From Tubulanus polymorphus (Eukaryota; Animalia; Nemertea): 64,000 nucleotides of DNA. The DNA is taken from assembly GCF_964204645.1 (NCBI RefSeq), contig NC_134030.1, positions 2,215,355 through 2,279,354 on the forward strand, written 5' to 3'. How positions within the stretch are numbered: the stretch's first letter is position 1; the number at the start of each line of letters is the position of its first letter. The translations under genes were made by a program, and so were the position numbers. Positions 40,272 to 54,165 of this stretch are shown piece after piece. The notes below the pieces were generated by a model that did not search any database, was not told where the DNA came from, and was given only the letters and a program-made list of their open reading frames with translations.

Positions 40272-40755
40272 TCAGGAATGACTTATCTGTAGGGACCCTG
40301 TACATCCAGGAATGACTGATCTGCAGGGACCCTGTACATCCAGGAATGACTGATCTGCAGGGACCCTGTACATCCAGGAATGACTGATCTGTAGGGACCC
40401 TGTACATCCAGGAATGACTGATCTGCAGGGACCCTGTACATCCAGGAATGACTGATCTGTAGGGACCATGTCCTTACATCCAGGAATGACTGATCTGCAG
40501 GGACCCTGTATATCCAGGAATGACTGATCTGCAGGGACCCTGTATATCCAGGATTGACTGATCTGTAGGTACCATGTCCTTACATCCAGGAATGACTGAT
40601 CTGCAGGGACCCTGTATATCCAGGAATGACTGATCTGCAGGGACCCTGTATATCCAGGATTGACTGATCTGTAGGTACCATGTCCTTACATCCAGGAATG
40701 ACTGATCTGTAGGGGCCCTGTATATCCAGGAATGACTGATCTGTAGGGACCCTGT
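40272..40755. repeat. 34-bp minisatellite with longer variants
   Basis: Repeats of ccaggaatgactgatctg(c/t)agggaccctgta(c/t)at. Confidence 0.92.
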
Positions 40756-43661
40756 GTAAAATTGTTCAGACAACTTCATATTCTATCAGTTTATAAAGAC
40801 AGCTCTCTCTCTGTCTATCTGTTGGTTTATATAGAGCTGAATATGTGTGAATTATTTACTTTTGAATATCTTAGAATTTGACGAGATCCACTTGAAAACT
40901 TGTACGTTAATATCAAGTACACTTCACTCTGCCATTTCACGGCTTCAGAAATCGGACCTCGGACTTTTACTAACGATAAGAATTTTTATTATGAGTTAAT
41001 TAAATAAAGTCCTACCTTCGTAACCTATTTCTACTGTTAATAGTCGCACACCTCGATCCAGTAAGCGTAAACACTTATGGCAGAGTTTGAAAAATATCTC
41101 TAAAACAAGTTTTTTTATAAATCGGAATTTTTTCCGGAATCGATACCCAATCAGTAGTGACGACTGAAACGCGGGTGCGCGGGTACCGCGGGTATCGGGA
41201 TCAGCTGACATACGACTCACAACTCGGGTGTCCTAATATTTACATGTAAATCAGAAGTGATTTCTACGATGTTTATTTTAACACAATCACCTTCAATGTC
41301 ACGTCTTTCTATAGACTTTAACTATTCTAACTATAATAGTGTATTATACGTGATAATTATATATTCTATAGGAAGATTTTAATTTCAATCAACGTTTTAC
41401 AAGCGGATCTAATTACAGTTTGACAGGTTTCTGTGAATTCATTCGTTTCCGTCACCGGTCCGTTAAATCTGTTCATTTCTCGATTAACTTGTTAAATCAC
41501 TTGTATAAAGCGATGTCAAACTCGGAAGAGAAATTCCAGATCTTCGAGATATTATTTCAAATTCGAGATAATCAAAAGAAGTGTGTTAGGAAGTTTTGGA
41601 CTGATCTTAGATAGCTTTGTCTCGATCTGAAGAACACCTTATTGAAAGTTTCTATTTTGGTTCAATCTGAATAAAGATCTGGCGTTTGTTGGGTAAATAA
41701 ATGGAGGAGCAAATACAGTTTACGGTCAAATTGAATTCATATATAGGTTTTCCTCTGATAACTGAAGTGTGACTATAAAGATCAGGAAAAATCTGCGAAG
41801 TCTGGCTCTTTTCTTAATAATCGAAGAAAGTTGGGGAATTTTAATTTTTGGAGTCTCGTTCTTGCTGGTGACGAACCTCTTAATAAGAAACAGCCTTTAT
41901 TGGGGATATCTTATAATTTAATCAGCAGATTTTTGGTCAAGCGTCGTGGAAAATATCATGGAATTTAGGATTTTGAGGCGAAATTATAATATTTGGCTGA
42001 GTTTCAACTTGACTCGACGTGTTTACAAACTTCATTTTGTGAAAGTTGATTTTTTTACAACTCGTTCAAACTTGGTATTTATTGGCACGAGAATGTCGCG
42101 TGTGTGTTTGCGTTTATAGAAAGAACACTTCTTTTCAATATTAATTCCTATTGACACAATCTACACAAGTAAAAACCGACTGGAACCCGTTTTACGCTGT
42201 TGTGATATTTATAGACGCCGGTTTGACAAATATAAAAACTGTTTTGTCGTTTTGTCGTGAATTCACCGAACACACTTCCCCTCATTGATTACCTACAGTA
42301 ATTTGAGATATCTTTTTTCCCCGAATAAAATAGCACTTAAAAGGATCAATATTTTGTCAGTTCTCAGTAAATATGTTATCTTCTGCATTTTCTTTATCAA
42401 AACATTTTATTTATATCGATTTCTTGGTATCACTTTTTGGCAGTTTTAACACTTATTCCAACTTAGTGTTTGTAATAATAATGAAAAAATCTGAAAGCAT
42501 TTTAATTAGTGTTGAAACAGTTTAGATAAAGTTCATTTATTTGTTGTTTTTTTTAATAAGAGAAATATTGAAAATGTTTTTCTTCATTATTGACAACTTT
42601 AAGTTCATCATAAAGTTCTATGATTTTCTTTTGTGCTATTTCAACACTAAAAACGGAACAGTTGTAGAAAGAAGCCATGTTCATAACATGGTGTAGAATT
42701 AAACAAGAAATTAGTCACTGTGAAGGTTTAACTGATTTTATTAGAAATTACAAGCTTTCATAACTATATTTCACTGCTGTTTACAGTATCTTCATCAGGG
42801 AATTAATGAGTAACAACACGTTATTCCAACTCGATTATGTTTACTATTATGAAATAATTCTATAACCTTGCAAGTTTAATAGACATGGCATTTTGTCACT
42901 AACTGCGAAATAAAAGTGATTTTGGACCGAGTTCAAAATGCGATTAATTAGTAAAAATTCCCCGGTTAAATCACTAGTTTTATTAAGCGCGGTACAGCAG
43001 GGGTTTAACATCAGGGGAAAGTGTGTGGAATTCTATTCAGAAAGTCGCGTGCGGAAGCCCCCTGCGAACGGAAGCCCCCCGCGAGCGTCAACCCTCTATT
43101 CATTCTTCACAAAAAACATTCTTACAGAAAAATATAATACTTAATTTTTCGCTGGGTGAATTCCGACTATAAATACAATACTCTGTCTGAAACGGTCTGA
43201 AAAGTTCAATGGCGCGTTTATTTTTATTGTCGTTTTTTTTTTCGAATGCAATCGTAGATTAATTGGTAGGATTATTGTCACACTGGTTCATACTGATAAT
43301 AACAGTGATAAACACTTAAAACTGACTTCAAATATCCGACGAATGTTATTGTTCAAATCTACGTGGTAATTTCTGCTTAATCCTGAGTCCTTCACTCCAT
43401 GTGTCTGTCGTGTCTTAAACTGTTTTGCCTCTAATTATTGCTGTGCTCTGACAATTTTGGGTGATACTAAGAATTTGTGACAACAAAAAACCATGTTAAC
43501 CTCGCCCGGGCTTATAAGGCTCCTGTTTACGAGGAAGACTCCATTTAACGTTTTATTAGCTTGATGTGTAAGATAAAAAGTTGTATAATTAATAAACAAC
43601 CTCAAAAATTTCAAATTTTCTTGTATCTTGAAGGACCAAAACTCGTCTAAACACAGCTTAA

Positions 43662-43856
43662 TAACCCTTAACCCTTGGGTTAATCCTCATTACATAACTC
43701 TAGCCCCCAGCGGGATTTGAACCTGGACCTCTTATTTTCAAATCCTTTGCCCTAACCACTAGACCATCCGTGCTTTGATAATTATCAAGGTCTCGAAGTT
43801 TGTCCAGTCAGTGTTGGTGACCAGTTGGCTGTGGTGACCAGTCAGCTGTGGTAACT
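43662..43856 (-). mobile_element. tRNA-bearing dispersed repeat, copy 2
   Basis: Reverse strand reads tggtctagtggttagggc...ggttcaaatcccgc; flanked by aaccct motifs and ggtgaccagt repeats. Confidence 0.6.
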
Positions 43857-46310
43857 AGGGCTCTATTCACTAACAATACGCTAAATGTATAGGAAACTAG
43901 TGTGTTGAAGGTTGAACCAAAAATATTCTAAACTAATGCAAAAACTGCTGCAATGTCGCTTCATAATTACAGAGGTCATTCATGAGTAATTTCTGGAAAT
44001 TGATGTTTAGTGTTTATAGTTTATAGTGTGAGGTAGTAATATATAGTGACTTGTAGTCGGTTCACTTCAGTTAGAGAGAGACTTCAGCAGCAGAGTCACA
44101 TAGAAACAATAACTATCACCTCATAAAACACCCTGTATATATAGCAGTTTGAACCCAGTCGCGATACAACAACAAGCGCATGCTCCCATCTCTGGTGCCC
44201 TTTTCAAAAACAATAGCAATTTTTCTTGAGTGCCTGGAAGTTGCATTGAAATGCACTGACATTTCCAAGATTTTCCAGAACCCAATTTTGGCTTCTGCAT
44301 AGACACTTGTACCATTTTCATTACTTTTTTTGCTCCCATCGAAGTCTGCCCCTTGAATTCACCCCTGAAGCCTAGTACACACACACTCCAGTTAGAATAA
44401 AGTCAAATAAATGTTTTTTTTATATAATTGATATTAGTGGGAGAAATGCTTTTAGAAATCAAGTAAAGACTCGACTGATATCCATATAGTTCAATACAAT
44501 AAAACATTCAATGTCAAGATGTGTTCATTCACATATCAGAAAATGTTACCGGTATTTGAACGAATGCATTTGTTATTTTAAATAAAATCAGTCTTTATGA
44601 CATAGATTCATTACTAACTATTCAAGCCAAAATTTGTCTACTGATAAATCAAATTCTACAAGAAATAAACCTGAACATATTTCCTATATTTTATATCTCC
44701 TCTTACCATCATTGACATTCATCCATTGTCACTTTCCTATTTCTCAATAGTTTCTACTTGAAATGTCTGGCAATTTCGTATCCGATAAACTTCCATCTCG
44801 TCAGTGTATACATATGACATATGTAATGTCAAATATTGGTTCATATATGAAAATACTTGAGACCAGAGAAATCTACGTAACATTGAGTTGATTATTTGAC
44901 TAAACCATGGACTCTTAAGACTCTTAGAGTCCATGACTAAACTACGGGTGAAACATGTCAATAAATACAGTGGAAGTTGCCTTGAGTCTTTGTATAAGGG
45001 ATGATCATCATTTTGATGACTTACCCAAATGACTTACACTTAGTAGATTGACTGTTATCCAAAAGACTTAGTAAGTTGAGTTAGAAATACAATTGGAGAC
45101 TCAAAAATAGAAACGACTTTAGTAATGTGATGATTTACCCTAATGATGTCTTCTTACGCTTAGTAAATTGAATTAGAAATACAAATTAGGACTCAAAAAC
45201 GGCGATGACTTCGGTGAGCTTGACTGTATGAATGCTATGCCGAATGTAGGAATAACTGTATAATTTTAGGATACATTCCTGAATGATAATTAAACCGTTC
45301 CGTAATTAGAGATAGATATGAATGAGTGTCCTTTACATTCAGGTCAGAGATCACATGCGTTTTACTAGACTATACTATATATACCTCTATTGACATACAG
45401 TAAAATCTAGTAAATCATCTGAGTTTGAAACTGGAACACATCATAAAAATCTGAAATTGTTGTTTGGATATAAAGGCTAAAAATTGTGCGATGTTTTTGT
45501 TAAAATCGTCACGATTTTGATGTTATCTGTAAAGTTTTAGCGTAAAATCTCACATTAGGAGTGAAAAATAGAGTCCGGAATGTTTTAGTGAGCTAGAAGT
45601 TTATTCTACCAGCTAGGAAACATTTCAGACTCTTATTTTTCATTCTGATTGTGGTACTCTAGTTTACACCGCAGACTCCACGGTGTTTCCTTTCATTGCG
45701 ATACATTCATATTTCTGAGGAGAATGATTCATCTGAGGATTGGTTTTGAGACGATGAATGCGGTTTTTACCATCATCATCATCGTTTATGAATTGAAAAA
45801 TTCCGATATATTTTTACTCATCTCTCAGTCCTCACACTGTACACAACCCACACCTACACAACTATCACCTATCTCTACACTGTAAACTGATGTTTCATAG
45901 TAACATTGATTGTTAGGAGGGAATTTTTAAGTAAGGCATTTGTTTTTGAAGTGCTCTTGAAATTGAACACATGGTTAGTTTAATTATCGGATCGTATCTC
46001 TCGAGCACAGGTGGCTCATATCACATACCGTTTTCACATGTGGATATGGCCCCTCGTTTAATTGTGTAGATAGTAGCGGAACTTTCTGAATAGGGCGGGT
46101 AATGATTATAGTTGTAGTTTATAACTGAAGGTGGCGGCACCTCATAGATCGCTAGTCGTCCGTGTAGTGATGACTTCTTTTTCTTTTGTTTTATCTTGTT
46201 TTACGTTCGGAACTTGTTTCCCGAGACGAACCTGATCGGATTGTTCGTATGACCTCACATCCTGACCACGGCTGCTGAAATGTTGTCCACTGACACAGTG
46301 TAAGCAGCAG

Positions 46311-46408
46311 CAGGACTCGAACCCGCTTGTCCCTGAGCACTGATAGTGAATGCTACAGCTGGACTAGAACCCGCTTGTCCCTGAGCACTGATAGTGAATG
46401 CTACAGCA
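46311..46408. repeat. 48-bp tandem duplication
   Basis: Two copies of ggact(c/a)gaacccgcttgtccctgagcactgatagtgaatgctacagc. Confidence 0.8.
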
Positions 46409-47400
46409 TCACTCCTCACACCACTGTCTGAGTTACTGAGGCAGCTTTCTGAAAAATTTGTCTGATTTCTGAAAACTCTTTGATGCCTTCTGGCAATTTC
46501 ATCCTCTTCATAGAAAATTTGTTTGCAGTTGCAAACCTTTGTGACTTGATATGATTTTATTTTTGTAAATAAAAGTTTTAAGAAATGGATGAATACCTCT
46601 TGTGGGACAGACGTGTTTGAGGTGGTTAACTATCTAGATGTTTGTAATCAGTAATCCCGAATGTTGGCAGAAAATCGAAGGGTTGATATTGAATCGAAGG
46701 TCGATTTTATAGAATTATTTTGCCTAAATTTTTGCATGTTGCTTTTATATGATATATCAGATGCTTTTAAAATGCTAATCGGTTTCTTATTTTATTTTTC
46801 CATCTACAGAAGCAAAGACTGGTGCAGGTATAGTCCGCTTTTTATAATTATCTAAATGTTGTGTCTCGTTAAAACCGAGGATTGAGTTCCACAGTTTCCT
46901 GGTTAAAGTTGAATCTATCAAAGTTAAAATCAGTTGATTTCCAATGTTTTTTTAACTCTATAGATTCAAATAAAACTGTAGAACTTGCTCCAGAATAATA
47001 TTCTAGATTTTACTAATATCCATTCTCATTTTCCTATTTTCAAACTCGATGTATGATAAATTGATTATTTTTCCCCACTTTTGTTAAGTTGGCTGGCAGC
47101 AATCTCTTTATTTTCAGTATTTCAATCCAATGCTTTCCCTTCATGTATAACCTCCACCTGAAACTCAGTTTCACAGTCTGTGGCTAGTTCGACTCTAATT
47201 ACAAAGATTAATTTATTTTTTAATGTTCGAGTCAAATTCTAACTCACAAAACTGTTGAACTGAGTCGACATGTTTTAATGTTTGTTTTATTTACACATTT
47301 TTATATTTATTTATATCAATGAATGTGTATATAGTATATACGACTTGTGACTTCAAAATTTTGATTTCTGTTTTGTTAAAAATGTATTGTTTGTCCATGT

Positions 47401-47660
47401 ATTCCACAGTTCAGAATCCAGTTCCACAGTTCTGGATCCAGTTCCACAGTTCTGGATCCAGTTCCGCAGTTCTGGATCCAGTTCCACAGTTCTGGATCCA
47501 GTTCCACAGTTCTGGATCCAGTTCCACAGTTCTGGATCCAGTTCCACAATTCTGGATCCAGTTCTGCTGTTCTAAGTAGAGATTTGACTTTTGAGTTAAA
47601 ATATTGAAAATGAACTAATCTCAACAAGAGTCAAACCAACAGCTCTGGAACTGGATCCGG
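47401..47660. mobile_element. MITE whose left terminus is amplified into a 20-bp minisatellite
   Basis: gttccacagttctggatcca ~8 times, then the MITE body ending ctggaactggatcc. Confidence 0.8.
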
Positions 47661-49190
47661 AAACATGAATTATTTGCAAGCAAGTGGATACAGCGAACAG
47701 TTTCAAACAAAAATCTATATTTGAATATTTGAAAATGTTTTCCGCTGTTTAATTTGTGTTTATCACGAAATATTGAAATCCGTTTCAAACATTTTTTTCG
47801 GTTTCGTTTTTAAAGAAAACAACAAAAACGACACGAATAGTAAAACTGTACATGAGAAACCACAAACTGGCGCCAGTACTAATAAAGGTAACGCGTGAAA
47901 GATTCATTAGAGACAAATTGAAATTGAAGGTGGTTTGTTGTGTTGCAGTTACCTCTTTTGCTTCTTTCCTTGATGAAGTCTATAACTACGGTTTTAGTTA
48001 TAGACGATTCAAGTGTTTTAGCCGGCTGTCAATCATTTCTTTAAATCCCGCCACCTTTTTTATTTAAAACTGAAACCTTAAAACTATTTCAAATAACTGA
48101 TGATGTAGAATCCCACGATAAGATAGAAAAACGAGTTTGAAATGTTTCCTGATCGGCTAAAAATGGTTGATTCAACGTTTCAATTTCATCCTCATAGCAA
48201 TTAGAGTGGTCTCTTAGGATACAAGATCCTCTATTTAAACAGTATCCCGCCGCGTCATATTTGGTTTGCCAGTTTGTCAGTTTGCCTTTGATTTATGTTT
48301 TTAATCAAGAAAACGCCGGAAAGAATTAGATCAAACATTTTCCAATGGTGAAATCTATGAAAATTAGTTCCCTCGCGATACTGCAGAAATCAAGCCGTGA
48401 ATAGCCTTGAAGGAATACCTTGTTTTCCTTTCTTTTTGTGGAACCTTCTATATCATCATAACAACATGGACTCAGAGAATTGGTTAACCCAGGCCAGGGT
48501 TACCCCGGTCCTGGGTTACCCTGGTCCTGGGGCTGGATTATCCCACCCCTGGTTTGGTATTTTAATGATTGACAGTATTTTTACGCAGTTAGTAGTTTAA
48601 CACATTGATAAACTCCTCGGTTTTCGAGCCGGTGTCTGATTCGACGTAGTTCAAACGAATCATTCAGATATTTTTTTCAGGTTTTGGGTTTAGTTTTTTT
48701 TTCAGTTATAAACCGTTGTTGTTTTAAGTGTTGTACGTTTACTGTTTTATTAGTCAGTAGTTAGATAGTGTTTACAGTATTCATGTGTTTTCATATTCAA
48801 TTAATCCCTGGTTCATTCAAGTTTCATGTAAACCAGCGATACAACCACGTAATCTTTCAATCCTTTCGTTTCATTTTCGATGCGGGATTACGACTTTTGT
48901 CGAATACTTTTCTTTTATTGCTTTAGTAGAGAAAATATATCGGTATTATTGGTGGGCTTGTGTAATCAAATTCAGGTCGTTAAAGTTTATTATCACGAGG
49001 CTAGATTCGATGATTTGTATAGAATAATAGCGTATAGGTGAATAGGTCAAGTCTAGAGTCCTTCTCATTGCTATAACTGGTTCCGAAACTAGTTGATTGA
49101 ACCATGGACTCTTGAACGCAGCGCGTCGTCTATTGCATACAGGCAGTAGGAAGAAGCAGCTGTTGTGTGTGTGGTGTGTGTATATCCAAT

Positions 49191-50916
49191 ATGTCGATGA
49201 TGGGATTCACACGGTTTTCATTCCGCTCGTCCGCGATGCTTCTAAATTCTCTACTCGTAGCCGCCGTGTTCGCGACCGTTCTCGCTCAGGATGATGGTAT
49301 GAATTTTATACGGCGTCGATTTCGTGTTAATTAAGGGACGAATTAGATTTGAATTTCTAGACGGATTTATAGGATTTATATATCTGTGCGAGTGTGATGA
49401 TCACATGGGACTAAAGTAGTAGTTAGTCTACGGATTATGCAGTCCACCATGTATATGTGTAGCCTATGCTTGAATGTAGATTTTGTTAGCGATATTCAGT
49501 TATTCCGGATGGAGTGGACGGAGTCGTTAGTGTATGGAATGATGAATCAAATCGTTGGACGATAAAGACTGCTTCACACGTGTGTGCGTGTTTAAATTGT
49601 GTGAAATAATGAGGGCATGTGGGAGGGAGAGGAGGGAGGGAGGGGGGAGGGAGGGGGAGGAGATCATTAACCGTATCACTAAAACCAAAAATACATTAAG
49701 ATAGACGTAAATCCTCTTTATGTATTTTTGCTAAAACCTAACATCATTTCATAGAATGAATTTTCATTCTAAGTCTGAGATGAAATATGTTTTTTGGACG
49801 ATGGTCGAGAGTTTAGTTTCAATAGTCTTTTTCCATATTTCATATTAGATCTAGTTATCAAAATCTCGTTAGAACAATAGATTTATATCACGTCAATCAT
49901 GGGTCATCGTTTCAGTTGGGTTTATATTCTCTTTGAGGCACACATTGCACACTGTAACATGCTGATGTATATATATATGTATTGAATTTGGCTGATGGGA
50001 TTTAGAGTTTGATTGAATGAATTTGGTTGTGGGTCGCACACAAATTACTGATCGTCCGGTTCTGGCGGTGTATTGGAACAGCTCTAATCTAATTACATTG
50101 ATTTATATATCGAATTCTAATCAAAGAGGTTACGATAACCTCTCTCAGTGACCTCTTCACGAGGCTGTTGGAGGTCGGTCGTAATTGCCTCGCCGGTGCT
50201 AATTGCTTCCATAATCAAAAACCTAATTGACAAAAGGTACCAAGAGATTTTCAGATACGATACCATAAAACTCATTTAAAAGTAATCAAAATATACTTAA
50301 GTCGTTAAGTGTTAATAATGACTTAATTGATGAAGTCGTTTAAGTCATCTCTATTTTTGAGTCCCAATTTGCAATTCAATTAGATAAGCATAAGTCGTAA
50401 TTTGGATAAGTTGCCAATATATCGACCATCCCCTACTCTTACTAGGATGACTTGGATGAGTTTGGCTGTAAGGATTAATAATTTCGCTCCTATTTTCTGA
50501 ATTCGTTAACATCGAAAAACTCTTGGTAGCTCCGTAGAATTGACTGACTCGGTTGCAAAGTTTACGTGAACGTCCGGAATATTTTTGAAAAGAAAATTCA
50601 TGATAATTTATGTAAATTTATGAAAATATATGTAAATTTCGCAACCAGTCTTTAGACGAATCAATCCTAACCTCATTGGACACTAACCCCGGCTTTTTTC
50701 TGCCTCTTGTTATTTGTAGGTACCGGTGGAAGTTCTTCACCTCACAACCAGGCGGCGCCACTAACGAGCCCCGAGATCGCCGGTATCGCGATCGGTGCCG
50801 CGGCCGCCGTCGCGCTCTTACTCATCGGGTTAGTCATCTTCTTACGTAACAAACGCGTTCAAAACGAAAATAACGGACAAAAGGAGGCGCTGGCCGAAAA
50901 AGCGCAGGACGTGTGA
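49191..50916 (+). CDS. Two-exon 100-aa single-pass membrane micro-protein (signal peptide, ~22-aa ectodomain, TM, short tail)
   Basis: Exon 49191-49296 MSMMGFTRFSFRSSAMLLNSLLVAAVFATVLAQDD-G|gtatga (phase 1). Exon 50720-50916 follows tttgtag and encodes GTGGSSSPHNQAAPLTSPE-IAGIAIGAAAAVALLLIGLVIFL-RNKR...AQDV*. Total 303 nt in frame. Confidence 0.78.
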
Positions 50917-51699
50917 AAGAAGAACATCGACGCGAAAACAAAAATCCCGACCAACTTTTTACAAACGATTAAAAAAAAACACCTTGCGTTAATTTACACG
51001 TTTTAAAACACGTAGAATATTCGTGATGATCTGAGAAAAAATCTTGATACCGAAATGTGGAATTTCGTCGCTGTAAATCGCGACGGCGTTAATTTAGAAA
51101 TGTTCTCATCGCTCGGACGATGAATACTGCGAGATCGATATTTTACGAGATTGTTTTATCTCTGTTTTCATTCCATTTTTTAAAAATGAAGACGACAAGA
51201 AACTCTCGGATGGTAACGAACGACGGAGACTTATTTTAAAACGCGCGAAGAAGGATTCGGTCGTCTCTAGCGTTCAGTCAGATATGTACTCTTATTAATC
51301 AGTGGTCGTCTGTTAAAGGGGGTTTAAATGCGACGAGGCCCGCGATCAGTGATCATCGAACCCCCCGTTTTAAGTTTTGATTTTGTATACAACGCAAATA
51401 TGTAAATAAATCTTTCTTGAGAAATTTTACACAAAGATTGATCGAGTATCTTCGTCATCAAATGTTTATTCTTACGTTTTCGATCAGCATTTTGGTTTAG
51501 AGGAGAATTCTCTACTGATCCGCCTTCAGTCTCTATCTCTCTCGTTAGACGCACCTCTGATTAATATATCTAATTAATAATTAACGTTATCTAATTAATC
51601 TTGATTGTTTAATTATCAAGCTTTTGCAAGTGGAGAAACAGTGTTAGTCTGTCCCGGGATGATAGAGGTTTTAAGTTAGAGAAGACTACACTCAAGTCA

Positions 51700-51897
51700 G
51701 AAACAACAGTTTAACTCAGAGATAACTGTTTAACTCAGAGATAACTGTTTAACCCAGAGATAACTGTTTAACTCAGAGATAACTGTTTGACTCAGAGATA
51801 ACTGTTTAACTCAGAGATAACTGTTTAACTCAGAGATAACTGTTAAACTCAGAAACAACAGTATAACTTAGAAAAAACAGTTTAATTGAGAGATAAC
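51700..51897. repeat. 19-bp minisatellite
   Basis: taactcagagataactgtt, ~10 copies. Confidence 0.9.
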
Positions 51898-53989
51898 TCG
51901 GAAGATAATCTGAATAATCATCACAAGTTTTCACGGTGAAAAGAGATCCAACTTGGGCAGAATCTACTTAACTGCTTAGCTCAGATATCGCTTGCAAGTT
52001 AAGACAAATTTTGTCCTAAAAGACCTCACCCGGGATTTACTAACACTGCTTTAAGACACAGGCCAGGTTACGCACTTAACAAGGTAAACCTCATGAATCA
52101 ATGATTAATCTTTGCTTTCATTCTTAATTCATAATTCTTTAATCGAATCTAATTCCCCCTTGCATTCGAAAAAAATAAGAATTGATTCAAGTTCTCTGTG
52201 GAAAGGAGTCGTGGAAAAGTATCCGTTTTTAAGCGAATGATAAGGATTTGAAGAGGTTTATCTCATTGGCTGCTGATCTGAGGAATGTTCACACTATTTA
52301 ACACCAGATTTCAAACAGTAGTAAACTCTACTTTACTCGGTGGTATAGTATTAGTAATGTATTTTCTCATACACCACAACATCTAGAATATAATCTTTGC
52401 ACTCTATATAAAATGAGGCATGTTTATTATTATATAGATGGAATAATGAGGTTTCTGAATGTACAATTACAAGTTATTACCAATGGGATATAGTCGGTGT
52501 ACCGAGAGTTAGGAGGAGTTCTTACTTGGTAAAAGTCGCTGAATTTTACTCAAAATCTTTTCCCTTTAAAGCAATTGATGCTAACGCCACCGAGTGACGT
52601 ACAGTTTACTGTCTACTGCAAGTTCTATGATATTCTCTTGATCTTCATGCTCTGCTTTAGAGATGATTGTAATCGACACATTCACTGACAGTAGCAACTG
52701 TCATTAAACTCAGAATTATTAGGAAGAAATGAATTTCGTTCATTGATTGAAATTAATATATATATATATATATATATTTTAGGCGTTGATGTTTTAGTGT
52801 TTTAGTATCGAGACCGGATTTCAATGGCTGCATTTGAAGAATCTGAGAATTTTATTCGAAGTTATTGAGTCTCAGTAAATCTCATGAATCTAGTGAATCA
52901 GTCATCTGGATCTGGTTCCACAGTTGTGAGTTAATTTCAGTTAGAATTAGTCTGTTTTCAATAAGTTGAATGTTTACCCACAACCGTCGAACTGGTTGCA
53001 GAATCGTACGGTCTCAGTGTCTTGTAGTTTTCAATGTTTTGTCGGTTTAGATTTTGGGATTTTGCAATTATTTTACCGCCTATTATTTGTTCATTTAAAA
53101 ATGCATTTTCTATTTTAACGAAAAAATATGAAAGTTTCTTTAACGCGATGTAAATACGTTATCTTTAAAAGAAAACTAGAAAATTCTAGAATTGCTTTAT
53201 CAATTTTTCAAATGAAAAAACTTGATTAATATTTCTATAAGATTGATAATAAAAGATTTGATTTTCAGTTAACTCGTAATATTTGAATATTTGAAATTAA
53301 CTGTCGTCATATTCAACGCAAAAACAATCGCAAACAGATCCAAAATATGCGGTCACAAGACTTCGTACTTAGCGTTAGAATGGGGTACGGTGATGCCGCC
53401 TATCCCACCAGATGGCGTAACGAGACTCGGTCTTATGTTGTCAACGTTAGTTCATTATCGAAATCAACTTTGAACGCATCAGCGTTGAAATTCCCCCATT
53501 CAATTCCAAAGTCGTCTCTAGCATAGGATAGAATAATTTCATCAATTTGGCTACTGTATTTAGAAATCTGTGGTTCCCGGTTTTTGTAGACAGGGTTTTT
53601 ATGGGGTTCCAATCAAAATTGGGATAATGTTATTAGCGTAGAAATATTACCCCCAGTCTTTAGTCTTATTATTAAAATGAAGAATCAGTTTTTTTCTGAT
53701 GAGAGTACTTGGTTAGCTCAATGTAGTTTGTAAGTTTCGTTTGCTCAGCTCAGTTGAAGTCATCCACGCGGCGAACCATGACATGGTCTGTATGTGTATT
53801 TTGCGTAGGTTTTCACTATGGAATCTGTGAGGAATTATCGACCATCCAAGCCGGACTTGTAGCCAGGTTTCAGGGCCAAAAAAGCACATATTTACGGCAA
53901 TTTTCATGGGTAAAAAATTGAAAGACTTGTGATTAGGTATCGGAAAAAGATTTATGCTTTCAATTCTTTACCCATGAAACTTGCTTCAT

Positions 53990-54165
53990 AACCCTAACCC
54001 TAATGTCAGTCCCTCCCGGGATTTGATCCTGGGTCTCTCTCTTTGGAAGCCAGTGTGCTAACCACTAGACCATTGAGCTCTAGTGAAATAAGTTGTTAGT
54101 AAGTTTGTCTGGTCAGTGTTGATGACCATTAATCCATGGTGACCAGTCAGGTGTGTCGACTGATT
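53990..54165 (-). mobile_element. tRNA-bearing dispersed repeat, copy 3
   Basis: aaccctaaccctaa next to reverse-strand tggtctagtggttagcacactggcttccaaag...ggatcaaatcccgg. Confidence 0.6.

Noticed and set aside
40084-40779. Repetitive ORFs, and possible CRISPR-like periodicity here and in other arrays
   Set aside because: These are head-to-tail minisatellites without unique spacers, in a eukaryotic context with no cas genes.
47319-47627. Repetitive ORFs on both strands
   Set aside because: Translations of the 20-bp MITE-derived minisatellite.
49617-49661. G-rich purine tract with G-quadruplex potential
   Set aside because: Simple low-complexity tract with nothing in the sequence indicating function.
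54010-54078. Functional tRNA genes at 27.2, 43.7 and 54.0 kb
   Set aside because: The stems are disrupted, the three copies disagree in the anticodon arm, and they are embedded in a repeat family.
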